DNA from: Tubulanus polymorphus
Lineage: Eukaryota; Animalia; Nemertea
NCBI RefSeq assembly: GCF_964204645.1
Contig: NC_134028.1
Coordinates: 4,464,001-4,528,000, forward strand
Reading direction: 5' to 3'
Length of the DNA stretch: 64,000 bases
Shown: positions 49,236-62,285 of the stretch, in pieces
Numbering within the stretch: the stretch's first letter is position 1
How the letters are laid out: every line of letters begins with the position of its first letter
Notes under the pieces: generated by a model
Seen by the model: only the letters and a program-made list of their open reading frames with translations
What the model was told of the DNA's origin: nothing
The model's database searches: none
Program-made: the position numbers and the translations under genes

Positions 49236-50296
49236 AACTCTGTGCTAACTATCTGACTGACTGCGAGTAATCATACAATTTTGTGATATAAATAAATAAT
49301 GCTTCTACTAAAAATGCCGTGAAAATTAAACAGGACTCGTTGTATTTACAATCATTCACTGAGAGCTGGAAGAGCAGCTCAAGGAGCAGGAGAGTCGTCT
49401 GAACAAGCAAAACATCACAGGAATCCACACAACGAGTTAAAGAGCTACTCGTGTGGAGAACTGTCTGTATAACGCACAGCACTGAAGAAGATTCAAAACT
49501 ATAACATTTTTATTTTCTTCGTTAAAGTCAATTGACAATTCGGAGATGCATGAAAATGATTTGTACTTATTGTTGTAAGCGCTGTGATTGGTTGTTTTTC
49601 CAGATGACGTCATACGCATAACGTAATGCTGTGAGTGAAATCAATAATTGTAATGTACTTCGTCAATCGGTAATGATTGTTTTGTTGCTCCTATATGGTG
49701 TTTGATTGATTATCAGTTTGTGAGTTGCTGTAAATGAAACGAGTTTAATCGATTGTAAATTCAATTTATTCTCAGTTTGTAAATAATGAAATAAAAAGTT
49801 GAATATCATCATCATCATCACGAATATATTATATATCGTTTTTTCTTTGCCCGGTTTTCGAAGTTCCAGTCACTGAATCCTGTCTGTTGTCATTTCGGTT
49901 ACCGGTATTGTCAATGAGGAAACGCTTGAGTTCCTGTAACAGATGCGGAGCTGTGGCTTTAAGAGCTTCCGACTGACAGAGCTAGAGTTAGGATTCTGAC
50001 TGATGTTCTTCTTTGAGGAGCAGCCGACCCAAAAAAAATTTAGCGTTAAAAAATGATGTCTACGTGTAATGAGAGGATGCGTCTTGCTTTGCCGGCCATC
50101 TCGTCGAAAAACAGGTCACCACATCGACCAGACAAGCTCGATGGTCTGACGGGTAGGACTGCACTTGGGTAGTGAGAGACCTGGATTCTATTTAATTGAT
50201 ATTGACTGAATTGAATAGGAAACTTAACTTATTTTTGCGAAACACGTGAATTTTATTTCAACCTATAACGTATAATCATCATCGGGATTTGATGAA

Positions 50297-52543
50297 TCAA
50301 GTTGTGATGGCTTCGTAAGCGGCGGGTGTCGCGCTGTTGTCGGTGACTGAATCCTCGGACGGCGCCGATTTCAATGATTTGTTTCGCGGGGGAGGATTTT
50401 TCAGGAAGACAACAAACACGGAAAGTAGATACAGATAAATTCCGACGGCACGATATAACCATTTGAATGTCATCACGTGCAGTAGATTCCCGCCGACGAT
50501 TGGTCCAAGCATCAGACCGCTATTGTACGAAGCTGTGTAAAGTCCATAAATGAGTCCGTATTCGGAATTGTGTCGTATGTCCACTAACCAGCAGAGCATC
50601 GGGCTCACAACGCAGATTATGATACCGTGTCCAATACGGACGGAAATCTCTGGACCGATTACGTGCCAGATCTGTGTACACATCGGATAGAAACCCATCC
50701 CGCACGCAAAACACCACAGTCCGACCATGCAGAATTTCCAGCGCCCGAATCTGACGCCGAAGGCTCCAGTGATCGTTTGCGCCGATATCTGCCATACCAT
50801 AGCTATAGTAATGACGACTCCGATCTGCCATAGCTGCGCGTCCAGAGCATCTAACATCCAGGCCGGACCAGTAGCTAGAAATACGCCCAGACCGAAGTTC
50901 GGAGCGAAGTTTATCGAAAGAACAAGGAATACGTACGGATCGCAAAGTATGGCGAAGAATTTCTTGATACTGGTGCTAGTTTCACTGTGCGTGGGTTTAC
51001 TGACTTCAGGAGCGGATATTATCATACGTAACAGACCGTCCATAACACACAGACCAGCCAGTAACAAAAACGGAGCTTCGCGACCGAAGAACTGATAAGC
51101 GGTAGTTCCGAACGGGTAGCCGAGTACGATACCTGCGATACGAGATAAAAACAGCAGAGAATGTTAAACATGCGTGAAAAAAATGAAGAATTCGTGGCAT
51201 GTTGGCAAAGGAAGCGACATGTCTATTCTCGAAATTTGCTAAAGGGGCTCGGGGAATTCTCTTTCTCTCTCAAAAAGCTAAACGCGGTCTTCAAACGTGA
51301 GGAATGAATTTTGCAGTATATTTCTATGTAAAAGGAATGAGACCGGCTTTCATGATGACCAAAGTTATCAAGGATGATCTATAATTAATGCACGTACGGC
51401 CTAGATTTATTTCTAATAATGGTAAGAATAATAATATTGATAATCGATAATGTTCTATTTTCTTATATACATCGTGCAACATCAAAAAAATTTCACTTTT
51501 CATAAAATGAGACTTATGCTATCAATCGTTGGTGCAATATCCGACATCATAATTTGATAAAAATCTAAGACGAATCTAGGTCAATTTAAAAGTGTATACA
51601 AATTAACATAAGTCTAGCTAGCATCTTCAAGAGTATTTAATGTTTAGAACCCCGTAGAAAGAAAAACCATATTTCAAATACTCACCTAATGAGAGACCTG
51701 CGAATGAAAGACTCGTCGCTTTCGAGCGCGATTCGTCGTCAGTAAAAGTTGAAGCAATCAGCGCCAGACCGGAGACTACTGATAAACTAGAACTGATGGC
51801 CTGACAGATTCTCGCCAACAACAACAAGGAGAAACTAGGCGCGAAGGCGAATCCCAGTGTGGCGAATGTGTTGAAGAAAAATCCCAATATCATCGGATAC
51901 CTAGAGAAAATAACGTGTTGGATCAAAATGATTTGAAATGGGGTTCAGAATGAGCTCCGTTTAAGTTATCAGTCCTAACAATGTTCACATAATACAACAT
52001 TTTTCTAGAAAAGTCAAGTTGACTTCAACAATTTAAAAGCAATGAGACAGATATCTCGATTAATTCTTAATTCACGCACCTGTGCCCGACACGCTCTACG
52101 ACAAACCCGACGATCAGATTTGACAATATTTCTGTAGCTGGTTTCAATGCTACGATGACGCCTACGTCAGCCGCAACATGGGTGTGAGGATCGTCAACGT
52201 GTATCGTGGAGTTCGAGTCATCATCGGTGGTCGTGTTCAGTGCCGTGACGTTATTAGCGAATAGTGCGCCCCCTGGTGTCGTATAGTTGTTGAAATGAGT
52301 GCTGTTTAATAGCGCATTTTTACGGCGTATTCCGTACATACGCGTGAGTACAGACGGTAGGATTGGATCGATACTGGTCATTATCATCAAATCAAGCATC
52401 ATAGCCCCAAACACGACTATAACTACGAGATTCTTTGAGTGACGTAAACGAGACCAGCATCCCGCCCGAGACGGAGTCCTCTTACCGAGAAGGGCTTCGG
52501 TTTCTTTGCTTTCGTCAGTCCCTTTATTGTCGGACGACGCCAT
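50297..52543 (-). CDS. SLC18-family (vesicular amine transporter-like) MFS transporter, 3 coding exons
   Basis: Exons 52080-52543, 51686-51900 and 50297-51132. Motifs LDLMIMTSIDPILP, long glycosylatable loop 1, RVGHRYPM, LLLARICQ, FTDDESRSKA, DPYV, LVDIRH...YG parallel VMAT/VAChT. Confidence 0.88.
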
Positions 52544-53200
52544 CGTTCCTAAGTACTGGGAAAAAAAGAGTTATCTGGATGGTTACAACGGGGGTCGGTC
52601 AGTGCTCAACACTTAGTTTGTCAATAGCCACACAGTCACATAACCGATATCTGTGGAACTGGGTTCAGGGAAGACGTAGAGTTACGTTAACGAAAAGAAA
52701 ACCCACAGTATAATGAATAACCGAGAGAGAGAGTGACGTTTAGACTATTCTATCAGCCGTTTAAAAAAACTGATCGTAGTGACGTTAAGACTGATCAATT
52801 CTGTGAGCCATTTTCAAAACTGATTTGATGTATAGCAAAGGATAAACGTTAGTTCTCTTCATAATTATGGGTTTTTCTTCGGCTAGTTGCATCATACAGT
52901 CACTTGTTTATAGAAACCAATGTTTGGTGATAATAAAAAGTGTTTAGTAGTGTAGTAGTAATTATCGGAGTTGTCTGCTGGCTGATAATACTTATTACCC
53001 GTGAATTCTGGATAATTTACCGTCACTTTCCGTTGATTATTTACTTACTTTAGCGGCTAACATCTATAGTTCAGTGCTTCTGCCCGTGTTCGGTCTGGTC
53101 GCTGCGGCTTCCTGTAGGGGTCTGTCTGGCCCGTACTTCCCGAAACGCCACTTTTCAAAAGAAGTCTCGAGGCAGTTCAGTGATCGTTCGAGTGGTTCAG

Positions 53201-53248
53201 CTATGGACTGTAAAACGAATAAACTATGAATCGTTTTAGAGTCCATGG
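53201..53248. mobile_element. Second copy of the CCATGGACTC micro-MITE
   Basis: CTATGGACTGTAAAACGA...TCGTTTTAGAGTCCATGG; flanks TTCAG / TTCAA. Confidence 0.7.
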
Positions 53249-56046
53249 TTCAACTAAGCAACGGATTTCCAGTAATCTCCTTTTATTCCGCGCTGGGATT
53301 ATTTCACAGTGCAATAGTTTACACAAAGTCCGAAAATCCCAATATTGTTGGTATAGAAACAGAATTAGAAATGAGGAAAGAATTCCATTCTTTTGAAAAC
53401 TTCAAATCTATATGCAACAAGTGGGTCGTTCTTGTAATTGCATATATTTTATTTCTATGGAAGGACTTGAACTTGAACGCATACGAAGACGGCCGTAGTG
53501 TAAAAGCCACCTGAACGATCACTCCATGTTCATCTCGATTGATTAAAGTCTAATCAAATATCTGCAGCAAAGTCAGTTCAGTGTTCGGGGTGAATGTTGA
53601 ACATTGCAGGCGGATCGAATTTCGTTGATTTCGTAAGTAGAATTCTGGTGAACAAGTGCCAAAGTCACGTCACTGGATCCTAGATACCTTCTCACGTTCG
53701 ATGTGACATGATATTGATCTTTCATCTTTCTGAAACAATTTTCTAATGATTAGCAAAATGTTTTAAAAAGATACTAATTAAGAGAGAAAAATGCAAACTT
53801 CGGAAACTTCATGGTGATGAAACGCTAGGTTTGATCTACAACATTTTACCGTCCGATCAAACTATTTTTCTCTCATTTCTGCGATGAGTTTTTATAAGCT
53901 GTTACATCTCCAGGCAATCTTTGTTCGTTCTGATGTTGCGTGCGATCTCTTGGCGTGCTCGCGAGAGACCCCAGACACTCCTCCCCGTCTGAAAACTTAT
54001 TCATCTACTCATCCTCTCGACACGAGATTTGCCCAATCCATTATCATATAATACAGACATCTCGAAACTGCACGACGTCATTTTATTTCATTTCATGTAT
54101 ACGTTTAAGGCGAACTTTAAAGTCCTAATGGGTATCGGAAGAAGTTATATGAAGTTTAAGTTGATTTTCATATAAAGCACATTAGAAGCAGAATCTAATA
54201 AAACTGACAAATTTGATGCAATGTTTTTGATGAAAATTGAGAAAGTCATAAAGTTAGTTTGTGATGTATTCATCTTAGCACCAAGTGAAAATACAAGGAA
54301 TTCTAACTCGATTGACTGATAGTTGAACGAATCTTGAGTTTCATTTCAAGACCTTGCCAATACCACACTCGTGCGGTTAGTCGATGACGTCATTTATTCG
54401 CACTGGGGGACCTTCACCTTTCTGCGGTTTCCGGAAATGTAACAAACTGATAATACGACGATTAATAATTGATAACATGTACGGGCTCCCCCGAACCTGA
54501 GTAGCTAATTGCTTTCTCCTCACCTCATCTTCTACACTTTAGCACCCGTAAGCCTACGTGTCAAGCAACCTACGCGGTTGCTTCGTGAATACGGCCCCAG
54601 GGTCGTAGCATCAGGAGGTTCATACGGAACCCCCCAAAAATAAAAAAAATAATACATTTAGGAGTTCCGCGTTTTGTTGGGCCTCAAAATATTCTTCATC
54701 CAAGCCTTTTACTTGTGAAAAAATCACCTCATTGTCTCTATTTTTTTCAAAGATTTTCTGGACCCCCTCCATTGTCGGCGCCGTGTTTCCAGCACTCACA
54801 TTGTCCTCCCATAATGAAAAAAGGCAGTTCCACTTTCAAAAACAATCAGTTTCATCAATGCTACATTCATGAACGTATTTGCTACCTCGATGATCTGTTT
54901 ATCAACGCGACTTTGAAATGATTTCGCTGTTTGGAATCTGTGTTTGAAATCGCTTTGAGAATTATTCGAGGAGGATAAGATGAAAACCTCTTAAAATGCG
55001 TCTCTTGTTAAACGGGCAGATGGCGGCTCATCATAGAACGTGTGATACAATCCGCGAATTCACATCGCTCATCATCACTTGAATCATATGAACCGTTCTG
55101 AAATACGATCGTGTCGTTCTCCTATCACTTGAAGCGTGCGCGCTTCTTCTGGTGCTTTATTTACTCAGCCACGCTAAACACATCACGTCATTTCTTTTTT
55201 CAGCCCGAAGGCTTTGATTATGAGGTATCCGCGAAGACGCATAGCGTCGACCTGGCTATAATGCAGCCTGATTCCCTATTAGCTGATGATCGGTTATTGA
55301 AACTCGAGTAGACCGGTACGTTCAATGTCGTGTTTCGCAATCGCCTTGTGAGTCGGCGTATGTGCGGTGATGAAGATGCGCGATCGGTCTAATTAGTAGT
55401 AAAGGTCGCTGTCAATAAACCTGAGCGGCGGCAGGTTCTACAAATAAATCAACCCCCGAGAGACTAATACCAAACCAAGCTCCAATAATCATCCGAATCG
55501 CATCTCAGTCAGTTATTGATAACTTATCAGTCTTCATTATCGGCGCTGCTGTCAGAGATTTGGGAAGATGGTTGATATCGACGAAAGCTAATAGGTGTCA
55601 CTACAACTATGGACTTGATTGTAAACAAAATCATTTTCCCTGCACATACCATGGATATGGTAGGAAAGTAACCAGATCATCGAATTGTCTGATGATACAT
55701 CCGATATGAACTGCTTTCGACCTGGATACCTCGATTTTACCCCCAAAAGACCTTTTTCAAAAATAGATTGTCGTCATTTGATCTCTTGTATTCACCTTGA
55801 AATGAATCTATCATCGTTACTGTAAAGAGATTTTCCGTCGATTCTATGCCATGGCTACACGTGTGAGCTTGTACTTCATTTTGATGTGTTTAATTACCAA
55901 TCAAAGTTGATGAGTTTCGTTAGCAATCAAAATAATTTCATTGATTGTCAACGAGTTAATCGGATTATTCAGTTTATTAACTCATTGGTTATATTGGCCA
56001 CTAAGTGCAAGGGTATTTTAAATGAAGTGGTCAATGGTCAATATGG

Positions 56047-56169
56047 CCATGGAGTCTAAATTGAGTCTAAATTGAGTCGTTTTAGCATCCATGATATGAC
56101 GTATGATCCCGACATCAATACCACCATAGACTCTTTAAAATAAAAGTTTTATAATTTCACAGTCCATGG
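56047..56169. mobile_element. Two further degenerate CCATGG micro-MITE copies (56047-56094, 56123-56169)
   Basis: CCATGGAGTCTAAA...TCGTTTTAGCATCCATGA (flanks TATGG / TATGA) and CCATAGACTCT...AGTCCATGG. Confidence 0.5.
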
Positions 56170-56924
56170 TTTCACATGTCGGGCAAGATTTACTTGTTTA
56201 AATATAATCATTTTCATCTGTGACTAAATTCTGTTTATGACGAGGCGAGGTAGTTGTAATCAAAAGGTGTCACGCGATATCTAGGGAGAATATACAGTGA
56301 CTTATTCGATATTCGGGCGTCTGTAATTAACACAATGCCGCATGTGACACCTAAAGAAAAATACCAAATAACGATTTATTCAACGTCCATTACAGTATAT
56401 GCCACAAGCGATAAGTAAGTAAATAAGTAAATCTCATAAATAGTTGATATTTTGCACGCAGAAGTAGAGTGGGTTTGGTGCAGGCAATAAAATAACGGAC
56501 ACAATGCTGGCCAAAAAAAAAATAATAAAAATCAAAACGTCGTAATCCAACTGGTAGGATTTGCTATCAAGGTTACTGTCGAATTTCAGTTGGATTTTTA
56601 CTGTACCGTCGCGTGGTGTTAATTCTTATACCAATCATAATAACTGACTCCATTATAGCCTATCATTTCTTCAGAAATATAGTAAGGCTCAGTTTCAACC
56701 GTGTAGCATAATCACCATGAATCGTTATACCTATTACCACTAGACGCACCTGTCACGTGATACACTGTCTCTCATAATCCTATATTAGCGGATCTTCCGG
56801 CGCCGGCGACAGGAGGCTTGTCGCATGAACCGGAGCCGCGCGGCACCACCAGATCACCGTGTCACTGATAGCTGGCTGATAGTTCGAATATATATGTTAA
56901 TAAAGTAGAAGTAACAATATTGTT

Positions 56925-56953
56925 GCAGCAGCAGCAGTAGCAGCAGCAGCAGC
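56925..56953 (+). repeat. (CAG)n microsatellite upstream of the GPCR ATG
   Basis: ~9-10 GCA/CAG units with one interruption; a GA-rich tract follows at ~57024-57060. Confidence 0.85.
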
Positions 56954-57154
56954 GACGGCGGCTGGTTACTTACGAGTCAAATAACGATAATTTCGTTTAA
57001 TACGAATCATATCTTATCGATAAAGAGAGAGAGAGGGGGGATCGAGAGAGGGAGGGAGAAGTTCAAGAGACATTTGACTGAGTGGCGTCAGTCAGTGTAA
57101 ATGTCTCACCGAGACTCGCGCGCTGTATCATCATCGTACTGTTAACCTGTAAGT

Positions 57155-57521
57155 ATGGATGCGTTATTTCCGTGTAATGTCAGTTATACGGTTATCGAAG
57201 GTTCGGCCTCGCCACCGATTAAAAATTCGAACGATTGTCGATTATTTTCGGTAGATGAATCTGAAACCCGTGATGTTCCCGAATTGCCGATTCCGTTAAA
57301 AGTCATTCCAACTCTTCTATACGCCATTATATTCGTCGTCGGAATTACCGGAAATGGACTAGTGATTTTTGTCGTGTGTCGTAATTCGGTATTGAGAAAT
57401 TCGACGAATTTTTTTCTCGCTAATCTAAGCATGGCTGACTTGTTAGTGCTGTGTATCAACATGCCATCTTCACTCATGGATATTTACACGAAGGAAGTTT
57501 GGTATCTCGGCCGCTTCATGT
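57155..57521 (+). CDS. Class A peptide GPCR, first coding exon (N-terminus to start of TM3); ETH/TRH/ghrelin-receptor-like
   Basis: TM1 VVGITGNGLVIFVV, TM2 TNFFLANLSMADLLV, ECL1 VWYLGRFM(C), then a GTGAGT donor at 57522. No downstream exon identified in the window. Confidence 0.85.
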
Positions 57522-59431
57522 GTGAGTATAAATACATCAACCGGGGTTTTTTTCTAATAAGAAAAAGAACTTTATTATCCTTTATCCTTTGAAATGTCAT
57601 TGTTTGAAAGTTGTATAAGTTTTGAATTTACAACTCGCAGTATAATCCGACTTACTTGGTATCGGTCAACTCATGGTTGACCACTCACACAACTCGCGTG
57701 AACGTTACTAAAGCAGGTTTGGAAGAACATCCTTGTTCCCCATGGTTGTCAACTCGGTATCCGATCAGGCCGTAAAATGATGGAATGAGAGCAATATCCA
57801 AAGTTTGTTAGATTTTTGTTGAAAAATATATGAAAATCTCGATACAACTCATCGACAAAATTACAATTCCAGGTTGTTTTTTCCCTTAAACGAACATCGA
57901 AGCACCCACAAGCAATTTCAGTCCAATCTAAAGTCAAATTTTGCGGATAATTTTGATTAGTGTTGAAATGATATTTTAGAATTGCCTGCAGGATTTGTTT
58001 GATACGTCTCGTAATGCAATAACCGATAATTCAATAACGCGCGCGCAGGAACAGCTTGAAGTTGCGTGGTTTAGTTGTTATTTTGTATCAATGCCACTGG
58101 CCACACGGATTGCCTGTCCGATAAGAAATACCCGATGTCTCGTCACGGATAAATCAATCTTCGCGGCAATAGCGCCGCCATCTGATGTCTTTTTTCTAAG
58201 ATGTTCGTGTCTTTGCCGTCGGACGATGGCGAATAATCGAATTTACCCGGCGACGAGATGATGACGTGACTTGGCGAGATTTTACGAGAATTCTACCGCA
58301 AACACTTTACGTTTCAAATCAATTATAAAGATTGAACACAGGAGTTCTCTTCTTTTAAACGCCGTGTTATTTGAAGTATTTAAGAGGATGTGCACTGTGA
58401 ATTCGACGCTGAATAAGCAAACTTCGTGACTGCCTGAATAAACTCTTCAGAAAGTGAAGAGGCAGAGTGTTGATGAAGTCTTTTGAGGCGTGTAAATATA
58501 ACACAACTTATTAATTAATCGAAGTGAAATTAGATGGTTCTCGTATAATCCCATGCGAGCGCTTTAATACCGAATTATAAGTCGTCGTATTTGGGGCGAT
58601 CATCGTGTTGACGATTTATCCATGAATCTAATTAGAAATGCGCAATTTGGGGCTGAAAATAGGTCTATGTGGTGATTCGTTGAAATTTACCAAATTGCTG
58701 CAAATACAAATTGAGACTCGAAAATAGTGGCAACTTAAGTTGTCATGACCTATCGGATGATGACTTGACCGATTTTGGCTATATTTAAAGGATATATGAA
58801 CATAACATCATTCGAGCAATGATAACGTCTTCTGTGCAAACAAAATATCCCCAATGAATCTCTGTACATCCGAGCACTGCGTCCAGCCTCCATCCTGGCG
58901 CCATAACGATATAAGAATGAAAAATAACTCATAACTGGTGAGCTGCGGTTTCTGTGAAGCAAGCAAGAACATGTACCCGATAAAACCACTAGTTCAAACA
59001 AGAAGCGAGCGGAGAAGGAGAGTTTTAATTTCGCTGTAAGATTTCCCTGTGCTGTCACTAGTCTACAGATAACTTTGCGTATCTTTGCGATGTGTCTTGG
59101 AAGCGATTTTTATCAGAATCTGCTATTATTGCTTTCTGAGACGATGAGCCAATATGTGTAACACGTGACCTGTTTCTTCTTCTGGCAAAAGACGAAGTGA
59201 TTTTTCGACCAAGCGGCACAAGACCAGACGAACTCGACCTGACGGACACAACCTGACGGACACCTGTAGCTATGTTACAAGGTCTCGGGCGGTTTATTGA
59301 TTTCATATATCTACTTGAACACGTGGTTGAATTCGATTCAATTTTGATTGAATCTGCACCGGGTTTAGGCCATAAAACCGGTCTCAGAGTGTTTGATTAA
59401 CCTATTCTAACTCAAAGTTACATTCAACCGG

Positions 59432-59612
59432 AGAACTGTAGAACTGGGTCCAGAACTGTAGAACTGAGTCCAAAACCGTGGAACTGAGTCCAAAACTGTG
59501 GAACTGGGCCCAGAACTGTAGAACTGAGTCCAGAACTGTAGAACTGAGTCCAAAACTGTGGAACTGAGTCCAAAAGCTGTGGACCTGAGTCCAGAAGTGT
59601 GGAACGGAGTCC
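59432..59612 (+). repeat. 20-bp minisatellite, 9 copies
   Basis: Unit A(G/A)AACTGT(A/G)GAACTG(A/G)GTCC in tandem. Confidence 0.95.
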
Positions 59613-61239
59613 TGATTATGAAATACCTCATAAAACGATCGCTCTACTAAACTAATCGACCATTAATCAACAATATACAAGAATATATTACGAATTTTCT
59701 TCTTTGCGAACATAAATCCCGATAATGACTTGTTCGTGTTTTCCGTGGACATTCTCCCCGCAGAAAAAAATACATATATGTAATTAATACACACAGGATT
59801 TGAGCGTCTGTAACAAACACCTGATTGATTGAAATATACGGCCGTGCAGTGAGGCATGTTATGGTCACGCATTGAGGCATGCTCCGCTAACAAAAACACT
59901 TATATTTACACGAGCGAAACTGTTTGATTTGAGAGACTGTAATTGATTACATCCCAAATATGATAAGGACATTTCGGATAATTGGAGAGTAATATTTTGT
60001 GTATCTTAGCTACTTCTATAGACCGAATATTAACCAAATCTTCAATTCCTTCAAATGTTGGTGGAAGGCAAAATAGTCATTTGTTTAGAGGCAGATAAAT
60101 TCTCCGTATCGAATTTCATCTGCTTCCGTCGGTATTTAAATCATCGACTTCCTATTCCATTTCTAGAATAGCAGGGAAGTGCATTGACAATAATCATTAA
60201 TCTTGATAGAGAACTGAGCATTGTAATTACCATATAGCTGCCATCGACGAAGAGTGATTTTCATCCCCCGGAGATGTATCCTGCCACCCCTCTCAATATC
60301 CCCCTTCCCGAGAACGCGACACGTTACGCTGAATTCCCCTGAATATAGAACGCCCTATCATTTGAAACTCCCACAGGGAATGGGTCATGGTGAAACTCGA
60401 TTTTCGGATCTGCACATTCTATCTCTAATTCTCTCTACCGTCGGTTCATTTCCGGTTTCCGCTTAACATCCTTATTCACCTCCCTTATGCACGTATACAC
60501 GCATGCGCACAGGTGTTCATTAAATACTCAAACTACTCATGCTTTAACTCATCCTGTTCTTCCCAACCCAACTAACCACCTCTCGCCAATGTGTTCGCTA
60601 TCGTCTTTATATTTTTCGCAAGTTGTTGATCATCTAGGATTCACGGGGTCGAATCGTTTTGGTTGCGGATTTTTCGCTAGCCTTTCCTTTAAGTTGGCAA
60701 AAAGGAAACCAAAAACCTGTCCAAGGTGGTACTCAGTGTGTCGAGGGATGACGAAAGAAAATATGAAATAATAATAAAATGAATATCACAATAATAGTTC
60801 ATCGTCGTCGGTGCGTCCGAACTATTGCGATGAAACGATTTTTTCTTACCAAATTCGAATATCGTAACTTATATACCTATATGTAAAACTACCTTAATTG
60901 TTCATATGTTAGTAGGTGTGTGCGGCCCCACCCCACAACATTATCTATATCGAAGATCACAAGATCTGTAGCATCGTCGTGGCGTATATATGAATCTTAG
61001 ATCAAGGTTTCACGTCAGCTTAAAATCACCAGTTGATACAATTAAAGGTTAATGCTTCCCCGGTGTATATGAATGGCACGATCAGAAACTGATGATTAGA
61101 CAAGAGAATGCGTAACGAGTATTGATGAACTGAATGTATGAGAGCTGATGAAATATCTAATTACACATCACTAGTAACGATTCGCGTGTAGTAAAGCTGG
61201 CGCGTCCTTAGTAGGTCTACTTTCCACATAATTATATAT

Positions 61240-62285
61240 ATTAGTTTATTATATCAAAAAATATAAATTTTTTTTATGATATGACACAATTTCATGATAA
61301 TGTATGGCGGGTAGATAATTCAAGTATATAAATGCATTGAATAAATAATAACTCAAGTATATAAATACATTGAATACATAATATATACCAAAGGCGATTG
61401 AAAGCCTTTCCACATAGATTTATGACATAAATGGCATATATCTATGTGGTCACACTGTACATAGTTGGATTACCCATTTAATAGTTGATGCCGAATATTA
61501 AAGGCTTTCCTAAGAAAAGTGGAAAGATTATATAATTTACTACTGCTGGAAATTAGGTGGATGAATTTTTCTTTGTTCGGATTTGTCCAGTAAGATCTCG
61601 ATATATAACTTAGTCTTAAACCATAGTATGCAGGACATATTAAAGCAAAATGGTACTCGTCCTCGATTTCATTCAGATTACAACATTTGCAAATACGACT
61701 ATTATAAGGTATCTTAGGTCTGGCCCAGCGTCCAGTTTCGACTAGCAGATCATGACTAGAACATCTAAACCTTGCAATCCTTGTGCGTACCTCCTTAGGT
61801 AAATCTAAATATGATTCATAGATTACTCCCTTCTTGAATTCACGAAAGTATTTGGCTTTAGATGAGTTTTGTAAAAAAGTATGCCATTGCTGTTCGAACT
61901 GATCAAGCATTCTAACCTCGATTGAGTGCAGGAACCACTTTTCGTTGTCAACTTGCTGGTCTAACCAGAATTGGCCATATCCTAGGCCATTCAATAGATC
62001 TCTAACCAAAGAAGCCCAATTAATTACACGGTGATCACGTATGATATCATCTAACATTTGATTGTACATCAGCTTAGTTAGTTTCTCGGGTTTAGTTTTA
62101 AGTATATTAAGCCAGTATTTCACAATTAACATTCTTTTTCAGATAAGTTTTTAACTCCCAGGAGGTATTTATAAAATTTGAGAGGGATTCTCTCTAGTTT
62201 TCTATGTTCTTCGAAACCCCATATTTGGCAGCCATAAGTTAAGACAGGTACCACGAGGCTGTTAAAAAATTTAATGGCTAGCCTT
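61240..62285 (-). mobile_element. 5'-truncated non-LTR retrotransposon (LINE) fragment: ORF2 C-terminus plus 3' UTR
   Basis: In-frame FNSLVVPVLTYGCQIWG...KYWL...ARFRCSSHDLLVETGRW...RICKCCNLNEIEDEYHFALICPAY (post-RT region and Cys/His finger); stop at 61470; AT-rich tail with AATAAA on the minus strand near 61245. Confidence 0.88.

Noticed and set aside
59432-59612. CRISPR-like array
   Set aside because: Units are contiguous with no unique spacers, there are no cas genes, and the context is eukaryotic.
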